A DNA stretch of 60,448 bases, taken from a virus. Its lineage: Duplodnaviria > Caudoviricetes. Below the pieces are notes generated by a model, which saw only the letters and a list, made by a program, of their open reading frames with translations, searched no databases and had not been told where the DNA came from. The stretch covers positions 1 to 60,448 of the IMG/VR virus record IMGVR_UViG_3300025099_000002. One strand, given 5' to 3'. The position numbers were made by a program, and so were the translations under genes. Position 1 is the stretch's first letter; each line of letters begins with the position of its first letter. Positions 26,394 through 35,538 of the stretch are shown here, piece after piece.

Positions 26394-26491
26394 TGAATAC
26401 TGATATTACTATATTGATTGGCCTTTATGTATTTATATTTGTGCCATTCATAGCGTTTGCATTGTATATGCTGTGGGATGATTGGCGGTGA
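26393..26491 (+). CDS. 32-aa single-pass membrane micro-protein B, similar to A (not in ORF track)
   Basis: MNTDITILIGLYVFIFVPFIAFALYMLWDDWR; GGAGG RBS. Confidence 0.6.
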   Translation: MNTDITILIGLYVFIFVPFIAFALYMLWDDWR

Positions 26492-26492
26492 T

Positions 26493-26521
26493 TTGACATC
26501 CCCTTTATCTTTAGTTATACA
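26493..26521 (+). promoter_or_regulatory. Early sigma70-type promoter
   Basis: TTGACA-N17-TATACA, followed 11 nt later by palindrome copy 3. Confidence 0.6.
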
Positions 26522-26532
26522 AGTAAACAGTT

Positions 26533-26548
26533 CGAGGTAACGACCTCG
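26533..26548. repeat. Early-region palindrome copy 3, CGAGGT-AACG-ACCTCG
   Basis: Read directly; the core is the exact reverse complement of copy 1. Confidence 0.85.
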
Positions 26549-26584
26549 CACTACAATTTAATCTTAAACAACATGGAGAATAAT

Positions 26585-27178
26585 ATGTATAAACGTGACA
26601 ACAAAAAAATAGCTAAGTTCATACTGAAGAACCCCGACAACACTGTAATAGGTATAACGTTTGTGCTTGGCACTATTCAGAATGCATTGTCTAACGTAGG
26701 CAAGTTTATGGATGGTGTAGCTAATGAGGGTGCAACCAGTATAGCAATGACTATGAAACGTAATGGTTACTTGTACGCTGTAGAACACAAGCACGTATTG
26801 CATCAAGCACTCAAGGTAGCAGTCAAACATAACGACCCAGTTGGTGCTATAGATGTACTCACTAACGTACCCAACTTAGGCATAGTCAAGGCGGCATTTG
26901 TGGCTCAGTTAGTAGGGTTAGATGTAGCGTGTCTCGATAGTCATAACCTCGATAGGTTAGGCCTAGATCGTGCTGCACTAAAGTTCGCTAAGACTGTTAA
27001 GCCAGAGACTAAGCTTAAGAAGATACAGAAATACGTACTCTTAACTCAGGAAACTGGTGGCTCTGAGTATTGGTGGAATACTTGGTGCGACTACGTAGCT
27101 GGTAACAGAGCTAACAAGAAATTAACTACAGGTGATGCGGTATCTGCGTATCACGCAACTTGCATAATAGGAGGATAA
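26585..27178 (+). CDS. HhH-GPD DNA glycosylase-like protein (start revised to 26585)
   Basis: VPNLGIVKAAFVAQLVG.DVACLDSH resembles the HhH-K...D motif of Ogg2-type glycosylases (GIG.K.A..F...G...A.LD.H); GGAG RBS. Confidence 0.55.
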   Translation: MYKRDNKKIAKFILKNPDNTVIGITFVLGTIQNALSNVGKFMDGVANEGATSIAMTMKRNGYLYAVEHKHVLHQALKVAVKHNDPVGAIDVLTNVPNLGIVKAAFVAQLVGLDVACLDSHNLDRLGLDRAALKFAKTVKPETKLKKIQKYVLLTQETGGSEYWWNTWCDYVAGNRANKKLTTGDAVSAYHATCIIGG

Positions 27179-27197
27179 TCAAGTAACGATAACCATT

Positions 27198-27213
27198 CGA
27201 GGTAGCTACCTCG
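27198..27213. repeat. Early-region palindrome copy 4, CGAGGT-AGCT-ACCTCG
   Basis: Read directly; followed by ACTAAACTTTAA, as is copy 2. Confidence 0.85.
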
Positions 27214-27243
27214 TACTAAACTTTAACTTATGGAGGACATAGA

Positions 27244-27639
27244 ATGTCACTTAACTGGAACTGCGAAGCAGTAGAAGACTTCGATAATGTATGTATGAAA
27301 GAAGATAATACCTTATCTAACTTAACCGAAACACTAATATGGGCTGGAGCTAGTGTAGGCTACGGAGAGATCACTAAAAAGAATTACGTTAATTACCACA
27401 AACGTATGGCTTTCATTGAAGCTATGCGAGGTGTTTACTTACGTACAGAGGTACGAGGTAAGGTTGTAGATAGACCTATCACTATAAATGACATCAAAAA
27501 GCATATAGGTTTACACACTAACTGGGATAACAAGTCAGATAGCCAATGGCTTAAAGACTTCTATAAAAATGAGTTAGGTTACGTTAGATGGCGTAACCTA
27601 GATCTATTCACTGAAACACAAAACAAGGAGATAAAATAA
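27244..27639 (+). CDS. Early hypothetical protein
   Basis: 131 aa with GGAGG RBS; MSLNWN...LIW...VG.GEIT..N...HIGL.TN. Confidence 0.7.
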   Translation: MSLNWNCEAVEDFDNVCMKEDNTLSNLTETLIWAGASVGYGEITKKNYVNYHKRMAFIEAMRGVYLRTEVRGKVVDRPITINDIKKHIGLHTNWDNKSDSQWLKDFYKNELGYVRWRNLDLFTETQNKEIK

Positions 27640-27857
27640 TGCACAATATGATTAAAGAAATAAAATTTGTTACTGATGCAAACCTAAAGTTCTTAACTAA
27701 AAAACTAAAAACACATAAAATGTACTTAGAGTACATACGATCTACTTTGTTGGAACAAACTAGAATAAGACAAGCTAGAGGTAAAAGTGCATTGGCTATG
27801 GCTAGAATTGAGAAGGCTTTAGAGTATGTAGAAAAACTATTAGAGGAGGTAAAATAA
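27639..27857 (+). CDS. Early hypothetical protein
   Basis: 72 aa, AAGGAG RBS, coupled to the upstream stop. Confidence 0.6.
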   Translation: MHNMIKEIKFVTDANLKFLTKKLKTHKMYLEYIRSTLLEQTRIRQARGKSALAMARIEKALEYVEKLLEEVK

Positions 27858-27859
27858 AA

Positions 27860-28117
27860 ATGCTTATAGGATTAACTTATATACAAGACATACCCGAAAG
27901 CCTTAACAGCTTTCCTATAATAGCGTGGCGACCCATACCACTACGAGACTTCAAGAATGCGTACTGGTGTGGTGTATGTTACAGGCACAATCATAAGCTA
28001 CACCCTTACGTATGCTTCACTGCTTACCGTCACAATATAGATGACAACTCTTGGGCTGAGGGTAGCTACTACGCCACTATGGAGGAGGCACTATATTGTT
28101 TTGCAAAAAGAACCTAA
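27860..28117 (+). CDS. Early hypothetical protein
   Basis: 85 aa with GGAGG RBS. Confidence 0.6.
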   Translation: MLIGLTYIQDIPESLNSFPIIAWRPIPLRDFKNAYWCGVCYRHNHKLHPYVCFTAYRHNIDDNSWAEGSYYATMEEALYCFAKRT

Positions 28118-28222
28118 GAAAAACTACGGTGTGCAAACGTACACGTAAGGCACTACGCGCAGATAAGTGGTGGAGTAGTGCCTACTTAAAACAAATGTTA
28201 TCTAAAAACAGAGGAGATACTA

Positions 28223-28474
28223 ATGAAACAGATAATAAAACAATCCGTAATGCATCACGGAAAGAAAATTAAGATGAATAGGGAGTACGGTGATCCCAAG
28301 AATAATAATCTATGGAGTTACCCTGATGATGAAACAATAGAATACGATAATGTATTAGATCTGCGTTTATGGAAAGATAATAAAGGACGCAAAGTTTTTT
28401 CTATTTATGTAGCAGGTAACACTGATGATCCAGTTGAACACTATCGTTTAATAGATTTGTATCGAGATGAATAA
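28223..28474 (+). CDS. Early hypothetical protein
   Basis: 83 aa with GAGGAG RBS. Confidence 0.6.
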   Translation: MKQIIKQSVMHHGKKIKMNREYGDPKNNNLWSYPDDETIEYDNVLDLRLWKDNKGRKVFSIYVAGNTDDPVEHYRLIDLYRDE

Positions 28475-28718
28475 TAAACTTCGTATAACTAAACGTCTTT
28501 ATGATTGGTGCGTTTTAAATAAAGAACCAGTACCTCGCATCTTCAAAAAATCTCATATGTATTATTGGATAGACGTAGATGATAAACCCAAGATGGATTC
28601 CATACTGTTGTGGGCTGACTGTTTGTTTTATCAATCTAGCGACAGAAAAGTAAAAGGATCAGCATCATCACTTAAAAAAGCATACGGTAAATATATAAGT
28701 ATGCAGAACCTCATTTGA
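28467..28718 (+). CDS. Early hypothetical protein
   Basis: 83 aa, overlapping the upstream stop. Confidence 0.5.
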   Translation: MNNKLRITKRLYDWCVLNKEPVPRIFKKSHMYYWIDVDDKPKMDSILLWADCLFYQSSDRKVKGSASSLKKAYGKYISMQNLI

Positions 28719-28743
28719 CAACAGGATTACTATATGATATCTC
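28715..28743 (+). promoter_or_regulatory. Probable early promoter
   Basis: TTGACA-N17-TATCTC with TG extension, followed by GTTGTACAACTAAA (near copy GTTGTACTACTAAA at about 25205) and palindrome copy 5. Confidence 0.45.
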
Positions 28744-28763
28744 TGTTGTACAACTAAAGTGTT

Positions 28764-28779
28764 CGAGGTCATTACCTCG
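28764..28779. repeat. Early-region palindrome copy 5, CGAGGT-CATT-ACCTCG
   Basis: Read directly; extends to a 12-bp stem if G-U pairs are allowed. Confidence 0.85.
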
Positions 28780-28814
28780 GACGCTCAACTCACTAAGCTA
28801 TGAAAGGAAAACAA

Positions 28815-29696
28815 ATGGCTTTAGATACAACAAACTACCAAAAAGAATACTTCAACTTAACTACAGACTTCGAAGTGCCTCAGCACCTAGACTTCCCTAT
28901 TAGATACGAAGACACACGCTTCAAGGGTAAGAAGTATGTCATCAACGGCAATACTGATGAGGTCTTGGGTATTGTGGGTGCAGGGTTTCCGTCTGTACCT
29001 CACGGTGACTTCTTCAGGAACATCGTCAATGCAATCGTAGAGAACTTCGGTTCAGAGGATACGTCAGAGGTTATACCTAGGTTTAGTTCAGCACATAATG
29101 GTGCAGTAGCATTACTAGACATAGTGTTCCCTAACATATCTTACACTATCCGTACTGATAAGCATACAACTGAGGTATCTCAACGAGCTATCTTGTGGCA
29201 CGGTATAGACGGCACTAAGAGTAACTTGGGTGTGTTCGGTGCAGTCGATAACTTTTGTACTAACGGTATTATTACTGGTACATACGAGCAAGTACGTAAG
29301 AAGAATACATCAGGCTTTAGTCTTAGTAACTTCGTTGATGAGATAAAGCAGTCACACAATAACTTCATAGAACACGCTAAGTACCTACAGCGTATGGCTG
29401 ACACAAACTTCGGTGCGTCTCAAATGGACAACTTAAAAGAATTGTTAGAGCCTATGGGTATGTCTAAGCGTATGGCTAGTAATATGTATGACTTGTTTAT
29501 AGATGAAGCTTCTGTTAGAGGTAAGAACCTCTGGGCTTTGTATAGTGCCATGACTAACTACAGTAGTCACACTGATAACGGCTTTAAGTTAAAAGATATG
29601 GGTAACGATACTCGTGCTACATCAATGTGGGAACGTGAACAGAAGGTAGTCAAGTGGACTAACTCAACAACATTTAAGGAGCTACTAGCGGCATGA
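28815..29696 (+). CDS. DUF932/LGT_TIGR03299-like protein (start revised to 28815)
   Basis: LGIVG...H..FF, HGIDG..S...G...FCTNGII, NLWALYSAMTNYSSH; AAAGGA RBS. Confidence 0.7.
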   Translation: MALDTTNYQKEYFNLTTDFEVPQHLDFPIRYEDTRFKGKKYVINGNTDEVLGIVGAGFPSVPHGDFFRNIVNAIVENFGSEDTSEVIPRFSSAHNGAVALLDIVFPNISYTIRTDKHTTEVSQRAILWHGIDGTKSNLGVFGAVDNFCTNGIITGTYEQVRKKNTSGFSLSNFVDEIKQSHNNFIEHAKYLQRMADTNFGASQMDNLKELLEPMGMSKRMASNMYDLFIDEASVRGKNLWALYSAMTNYSSHTDNGFKLKDMGNDTRATSMWEREQKVVKWTNSTTFKELLAA

Positions 29697-30004
29697 GTAA
29701 TAAATCATTCAATATAATTATGGAGACACAACAAGATATACATTTTGTTCCTTTATCTCACGAGCAAAACAGGTATTTTGTTATGTCCTTTTTAAGGAAA
29801 GATAATGCCTTGCAGAAATGCAAGGTGTTAAAACATAAGTTTCCTGAGTACAGTTTTTCTGTAGAAAAGAGATCACCTAGTCAGCATATGGGAAATGCTT
29901 TTCCTGAGATGTTTAGGGAGGCGGTAAACATTATGTTACAAGATCATCCAGATTACCTTAGTCTTAAAAAGAAAACACCACATCTAACCTTAGTGAAAGG
30001 ATAA
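29693..30004 (+). CDS. Early hypothetical protein
   Basis: 103 aa with ATGA overlap and AAGGAG RBS. Confidence 0.55.
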   Translation: MSNKSFNIIMETQQDIHFVPLSHEQNRYFVMSFLRKDNALQKCKVLKHKFPEYSFSVEKRSPSQHMGNAFPEMFREAVNIMLQDHPDYLSLKKKTPHLTLVKG

Positions 30005-30143
30005 CTAATGACTGAACATTTAGATACGATATGGGAAGTATTACACGCCTATCGGGAAGACAACATTCCAGAGGGTATTGATAACAACGATGAGACGTGG
30101 GATGATATCTGCTACGCTATGGCTATAATAAAGGAGAAGATTA

Positions 30144-30347
30144 ATGCCTAAAGTATGGATTAGCGCAACAATGGAAACCTATCTGAAATGGGAGGGAGAC
30201 GTACCCGATGACGTACCCGAAGATGAACGGCGTACATGGATCAAACGCAACGTGGACGGTGGTGAGTTCATACAGCATGACGGCATAATGGATGGCGGTT
30301 GGTATTTGAGCGACGACGTACACTTAGTAGATGAAGGAGATAACTAA
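30144..30347 (+). CDS. Small acidic hypothetical protein
   Basis: 67 aa, AAGGAG RBS, visibly more GC-rich than its neighbours. Confidence 0.6.
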   Translation: MPKVWISATMETYLKWEGDVPDDVPEDERRTWIKRNVDGGEFIQHDGIMDGGWYLSDDVHLVDEGDN

Positions 30348-30610
30348 TGAAACCTATAATTAAATTCGAAGACGATGAACTAAATTGTATAAACGTATGC
30401 CTCGATCATTTCATAGAAGACAACGCAGATGCTTTTAAATTTGATTTCTATCCTTGTTTCCCTTTTAAACAAGAAGAATTACATCAAGGAAAAAAATCTG
30501 TTTCTGTTCAACTAAAAACTTACTCTGATTTTCTAAAGAAAATAAGTGTAGCTGTTAGAACTTTAAATAAAATTAAAAAACTAACTGAAATACAAGAGAA
30601 GGAAGAATAA
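30347..30610 (+). CDS. Hypothetical protein
   Basis: 87 aa, AAGGAG RBS, coupled to the upstream gene. Confidence 0.55.
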   Translation: MKPIIKFEDDELNCINVCLDHFIEDNADAFKFDFYPCFPFKQEELHQGKKSVSVQLKTYSDFLKKISVAVRTLNKIKKLTEIQEKEE

Positions 30611-31235
30611 TATGATGAAGAAATATAAAGTAGCGTTTACATATGAAGAAGAAGTAGAAGCTACTGATCGTTGGGAAGCACTACTAACAGTTGCAGAAAA
30701 AGGTGAAACAATACTTGAAAACTTTTCATCAGATGCAACAGTGGAGGAAATAATATGATGAATAAGGAACTATTAGAAGAAGTACGTAAAGCAAACAGCT
30801 TAGTTGCGTGTCTGTTAGATGATACAGATAGAACAGTATCTGATTATTTAAATGATATAAAACAAATACAAAACCAGTTAAATTTTGTAGAGAATTACAT
30901 TTCAGAAAGAAAGGAAATAAAATGAATGATAGCCAAATAAATGCACTAGCAAAAGCTATAGCCAATCAAGATGCTAAAACAGGTTACATAACAGATTGGC
31001 ATCACGCATATGAAAACGCCTTTCATGCTATAGAACAAAACCCAGATTTATTTACATATAAAAAAACTATTCAAGAAAGGGGGAAAATAATATGAGTATA
31101 TTTAGTGGTCTAATAGCAGTAATGCTATTGATAGCTTTTACAGCTCCGTCTACAACAGTAGATGATGCTGTCAATAAAGATGATAGTACTACAACTACTA
31201 CTACAACTGACGAGTAACATTAGTTGTATAACAAC

Positions 31236-31268
31236 AAGGTATCCCTGCTTCTGGGGGTACTTTAATTT
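31236..31268 (+). terminator. Probable intrinsic terminator
   Basis: GGTATCCCT-loop-GGGGGTAC stem with G-U pairs, followed by TTTAATTT. Confidence 0.5.
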
Positions 31269-31288
31269 AACTTAGAAGGAATTAATAA

Positions 31289-31537
31289 ATGAATTGTTAT
31301 GGAACAGTAAGAATCTATGAAGTTGATAAGTCATACAAAGTAAAAGTTAAAGGTTTTCCAAGGCGTTATGAAATTAAAAGACATAAAGACGAAAAAAAGT
31401 GGAAGTATAAACTAGTTGGCACAGATAAATATATAAACGACATAGAAGACTTAGTCGTAATGCAAAGAGAATGGCTAAGAAAATTTATGTATGCTGATGG
31501 TTTAAAGTTTGAGTATGTCTTAGAGGAGATACATTGA
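31289..31537 (+). CDS. Hypothetical protein
   Basis: 82 aa with AAGGA RBS. Confidence 0.55.
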   Translation: MNCYGTVRIYEVDKSYKVKVKGFPRRYEIKRHKDEKKWKYKLVGTDKYINDIEDLVVMQREWLRKFMYADGLKFEYVLEEIH

Positions 31538-31538
31538 T

Positions 31539-31892
31539 ATGAGACTATACACAGATCAGAAAGGCAATTGGAGAGGCACTCAAGCTGACGCTAAAAAAGA
31601 TTTAGACCAATGGGATACTACAGATGTACCCACAAGTAAGGCTGAGTTACTTGAGTTTCTCAATGTACATAAAGTTGGTGCGGCTAATGTTATAAAGCCA
31701 GTTAAATATGTAACGCCAACAAGTTCACATGAGTTTGTCCATGATGATGAGGGTGAGGTAGTCGCTATCAAGCCTAGAGTTTCACCTATAGATAAAAGCA
31801 ACCTAAAGAATGCATTCGAACAGGCAGGAGCAGCAAGAGAGTCTCTTAAACGTGTCTTCGAAAAACTAAAAGAGTTAGAGGAGATACACTGA
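31539..31892 (+). CDS. Hypothetical protein
   Basis: MRLYT...W.GTQADAKK...DVPTSKAELLEFLN; GAGGAG RBS. Confidence 0.65.
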   Translation: MRLYTDQKGNWRGTQADAKKDLDQWDTTDVPTSKAELLEFLNVHKVGAANVIKPVKYVTPTSSHEFVHDDEGEVVAIKPRVSPIDKSNLKNAFEQAGAARESLKRVFEKLKELEEIH

Positions 31893-31894
31893 CA

Positions 31895-32101
31895 ATGAGA
31901 AAAGTTATACTTAGTAGTACCCACCCAGTAAAATCGCTACACGGTCACACGCAAGCTGAGTGGGATCTCTTGTCAGAGGAAGAGAAGTTACACGCTTGGT
32001 TAAAGACGTGTCCGTTTGATTACCTGATGGTAGGCATCGAGGAAGGACTAAGAACTGTAAACTTTGTTGTAGAGGAAACTATAGATGATGAAGATAGTTA
32101 A
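31895..32101 (+). CDS. Hypothetical protein
   Basis: 68 aa, WLKTCP motif, GAGGAG RBS. Confidence 0.55.
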   Translation: MRKVILSSTHPVKSLHGHTQAEWDLLSEEEKLHAWLKTCPFDYLMVGIEEGLRTVNFVVEETIDDEDS

Positions 32102-32428
32102 GTCTGTTATAAACAGTATACTATATTTTATGTTTTTATGTTTTGTTACATACGTTTTTTATGGTGTAGCATTTAGTTTTATTTCATGAGTGTTGATGGT
32201 GAGGAGGATGACCCAGTTGATGATTGGGCATCCACCGACTTAACTAAATTAGAGGATAAAGGAGAAGATAATGTTCCTATCAAAAAAGATGAGGGAGAAG
32301 ATAAATCAGTACGCAGTAGCACAACACAAACTAAGAAGAAAAAGAATGAGAAATAAATGTAGACTTATTGATGCATTTATGGGAAAAGACTTTTGTTCTC
32401 ACGCTTGGTCATACTGGGTTACAAATAA

Positions 32429-33358
32429 ATGAAACGAAAGAAGTTAGTTATATCAGAAAGTTCAACAGTTAGACAGGCGTGTGAGTTTTACTTTAGCACC
32501 CCTGCCTATCTTAAAATATCAGGTAGAAGCCAAAAAGATTATTACAACACTATGATTAAAGCGTGTAACACACCCGTGCAAAACAATAAGTTGTTCGGTG
32601 GCATACGATTAAAAGACGTTAGGTTTAAACACGCTACTCATTTATATGATACTTGGTTAGCTAACATAGGTGTCAGACAAGCTAACTTTCATCGTACTTG
32701 TATGAGTATTGTTTTTAATACTGCTATACGTAATGAAGCTATTGTATCTAATCCAATGTCTTTAGTTAAAGGCACACCAGATACGGCTCGTAAAGTTAAA
32801 TGGACAGAGAACCAAGTAAAACTATTTTTAGCTACTGCCTTTAGTGAATACAGGTGGAAAGCAATAGGCTTGATAGCTTATATGGCATATGAATGGGGTC
32901 AAAGACCTGGAGATATGCGTAATTTAAAGTGGGATACATTAAACTTAAATGAGAAAAGACTAGACTTAGAACAAAGTAAAAGAAGAGCTAATGTACACTT
33001 ACCAATTAGTGATGATCTTATAAAAATACTTAAGAAGCAGTATGAATACGTTAAAGATATTTCTGAATACGTTGCACCTCGTGTGTATCCTAGAAATGGT
33101 GGCTACTCACCGTATAATATGTCAGAGATATCTACTTTAGCTAATGAAGTTAAAGAAGAGGCAGGTCTACCTAAAGAGTTATGGATTATGGACTTAAGAC
33201 GTACAGTTATAACTGAAATGGTTGAAGCAGGAGTTGACGTTACAGGTATCATGCAAGTTAGTGGACACAGTAGTCCTGATAGCGTCACGCCTTATCTAGT
33301 TAATACTTTTCGTGGGGCATCAACAGCATTAAATAAAAGAAAGGCTAATAAAGAATGA
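32429..33358 (+). CDS. int: Tyrosine recombinase/integrase
   Basis: Catalytic set GQRPGD (R), QSK (K), MDLRRT (HxxR-like, H replaced), SGHS (H) and PYL (Y). Its position upstream of primase is typical of HMO-2011-type phages. Confidence 0.85.
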   Translation: MKRKKLVISESSTVRQACEFYFSTPAYLKISGRSQKDYYNTMIKACNTPVQNNKLFGGIRLKDVRFKHATHLYDTWLANIGVRQANFHRTCMSIVFNTAIRNEAIVSNPMSLVKGTPDTARKVKWTENQVKLFLATAFSEYRWKAIGLIAYMAYEWGQRPGDMRNLKWDTLNLNEKRLDLEQSKRRANVHLPISDDLIKILKKQYEYVKDISEYVAPRVYPRNGGYSPYNMSEISTLANEVKEEAGLPKELWIMDLRRTVITEMVEAGVDVTGIMQVSGHSSPDSVTPYLVNTFRGASTALNKRKANKE

Positions 33359-34143
33359 ATGTTAAGTCTCACCTAGATACTTTAACGATAGCTGAGGGTC
33401 AGCGTTTAAGAATGGATTGCCCACAGTGCAGAGCTAAAAATACATTTACTGTATGGAAGGATGACGGTGTATTAGTTTACCACTGCTTCAAACTTAGTTG
33501 TACAGTTAGGGGTGCATACGGAATAGGCATGACTGCTGATGAGATTAAAGTTAAGATGCAGGGTCACTCTACCGATAAGCCTATTGATACAGAGCGTATG
33601 GTAGTGCCAGAGTACTTAGTTAAACCATCACATCAACACACAGAAATGCAAAAGTTTATAAGGAAATGGAACCTTTATACAGAAGACTTAATGTATGACG
33701 TTAAGGATAGTCGTGCAGTATTTCTGATAAAAGAAAACAACAGGTTGCTAGATGCCACTGGTAGATCTTTAAATGGGTCTAAACCTAAGTGGTTTAGGTA
33801 TACAGGAGAAGCTACTGTTTTTACAAGAGTGTTAGGTAACTCAAACGATACAGTAGTAATAGTTGAGGATGTCATTAGTGCTATAACTATTGCACATCTT
33901 TTTCCTAGAACAACGGGGTTAGCTATCTTAGGTACTTCACTAGGTGAGGCTCAAATGCAACACATACAAAACTATTCTAAGGTAGTTGTAGCGTTAGACC
34001 CTGATGCCGCACACAAGACCTTGACATACAAACGAGAGATAGAGGCTTGGACAGGATTAAACACTATAGCCATGCGGCTAGAAGATGATATAAAATATAA
34101 AATAGAGGACGACATAGCTAAGTTAGAAAGGATATTACAATGA
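33355..34143 (+). CDS. DNA primase (zinc finger + TOPRIM)
   Basis: CPQC...HCFKLSC zinc finger; VIVEDVISA and ALDPDA TOPRIM motifs. Confidence 0.85.
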   Translation: MNVKSHLDTLTIAEGQRLRMDCPQCRAKNTFTVWKDDGVLVYHCFKLSCTVRGAYGIGMTADEIKVKMQGHSTDKPIDTERMVVPEYLVKPSHQHTEMQKFIRKWNLYTEDLMYDVKDSRAVFLIKENNRLLDATGRSLNGSKPKWFRYTGEATVFTRVLGNSNDTVVIVEDVISAITIAHLFPRTTGLAILGTSLGEAQMQHIQNYSKVVVALDPDAAHKTLTYKREIEAWTGLNTIAMRLEDDIKYKIEDDIAKLERILQ

Positions 34144-34309
34144 GTATATGTGGTGAGATAGAGAATGTTAAAGTAGAGATAGAGACACTAGAAGAGTTAA
34201 TTAAAAATGAACCTAAAGATGGGTTTAATGCTTGTAGTAATATATCCGTTATGGTTTTAGATTCTATTAGATCAGCTAAGAAAAGACTAAAAGAACTGGA
34301 AGCCGCTCA

Positions 34310-35536
34310 ATGATGGAACTGGCTCTCATCAAAACGATGATGAATAAAGAGTTCTATGAAAGACATAAAGGTATACGTTGCCCAGATAAAATCTTTACTA
34401 AAGACACTCGTAAAATTAAACAATCACTAGATGTCGCTATGAAAGAATACGACACTGACTTATCAGCATCAGACTTAGAAGCTCTATTCTTTTCTACTAA
34501 TCAGACTATGACTACATCAAACAAAGAGATGTATAAAATACTTTTTAGTAAGCTAACTAAAGAACAACCCATGAATGATAGCATAGCTGAAGAGGTGCTA
34601 TCTAAATTGTTTCAACAAGTTGTAGGCGAAGAGGTAGCTAACTTAGGTTTTGATTACGTTAATGGTACAACCAATTCGCTAGAGCCTCTGCGTAACATCT
34701 TAGAAAAATATCAGGATGACTTTACGCCTAACCTCAAGATTGAGTACGGTGACATATCTTTTGAAACAATACTTAAATCTTCGAAGATACAATCACAATG
34801 GAAGTTTAACATACCTAGCTTAAAGCGTAAGGTAGAAGGTATCTCTGGTGGTCACTTTATAATTGTAGGAGCTAGACCTAATACAGGTAAGACTTCTTTC
34901 CATGCTTCCTCTATAGCTGCACCTAATGGTTTTGCTCACCAAGGTGCTAAATGTATGGTGCTGTGCAACGAAGAAGACTACATTAGAGTAGCCGCTAGGT
35001 ACTTATGTGCAGCTTCTAGTATGTCTCTAGAAGAGATTAATACTAATCAATCTTTAGCTATGTCACGATACAGTAAAGTCCGTAAAAACATAACAATTAT
35101 AGATAGTACATCTAAAGACTTAGCGTGGGTTGAATCTATTATAAAACAAGATGAGCCAGACATAGTTATCATAGATATCGGAGATAAGTTTGCACCTAAG
35201 ACAAGTGATAAGTCTGATGTATACCTAAAAGATGCCGCTATATACGCACGTAACATAGCTAAACAGTACAACTGTGCAGTGATATGGATGTCACAGCTCA
35301 ATGCTGAAGCTGAAGGTAGGGTGCGTGTAGATCAATCTATGCTTGAAGGTAGCCGAACAGGTAAAGCCGCTGAAGCGGATCTTATATTACTTGTAGCTCG
35401 TAACCCTATAACGGATGAGAGCGAAGAAGAAGACAGACAGAGGCACTTAGTAATAGCTAAGAATAAGTTAACAGGAGGCTGGCACGGTACTATTCATTGT
35501 AACTTAGACGGTGAACGCAGTCAGTACTTGGTGTAG
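34310..35536 (+). CDS. Replicative DnaB-like (SF4) helicase
   Basis: Walker A GARPNTGKTS, IVIID, MSQLN, AEADLIL and AKNK motifs. Confidence 0.9.
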   Translation: MMELALIKTMMNKEFYERHKGIRCPDKIFTKDTRKIKQSLDVAMKEYDTDLSASDLEALFFSTNQTMTTSNKEMYKILFSKLTKEQPMNDSIAEEVLSKLFQQVVGEEVANLGFDYVNGTTNSLEPLRNILEKYQDDFTPNLKIEYGDISFETILKSSKIQSQWKFNIPSLKRKVEGISGGHFIIVGARPNTGKTSFHASSIAAPNGFAHQGAKCMVLCNEEDYIRVAARYLCAASSMSLEEINTNQSLAMSRYSKVRKNITIIDSTSKDLAWVESIIKQDEPDIVIIDIGDKFAPKTSDKSDVYLKDAAIYARNIAKQYNCAVIWMSQLNAEAEGRVRVDQSMLEGSRTGKAAEADLILLVARNPITDESEEEDRQRHLVIAKNKLTGGWHGTIHCNLDGERSQYLV

Positions 35537-35538
35537 CT

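Noticed and set aside
27427-27442. Sixth palindrome copy (CGAGGT-GTTT-ACTTAC)
   Set aside because: The right arm is only half matched, it lies inside a CDS and it lacks the TT and AC flanks.
25129-28779. Palindrome copies as a CRISPR array, integron attC sites or N4-type vRNAP hairpin promoters
   Set aside because: Spacing is 0.5-1.6 kb with whole genes between copies and there is no cas operon. The sites are far shorter than attC and lack RYYYAAC. The loops are 4 nt and variable, and no virion RNA polymerase is encoded.
32100-32430. attP or tRNA-like core upstream of the integrase
   Set aside because: I could not see a tRNA 3'-end match or arm repeats. The region holds short overlapping ORFs. 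No tRNA gene was recognised anywhere in the window.
34021-34050. TTGACA promoter upstream of the helicase
   Set aside because: There is no plausible -10 element at 16-18 nt spacing.
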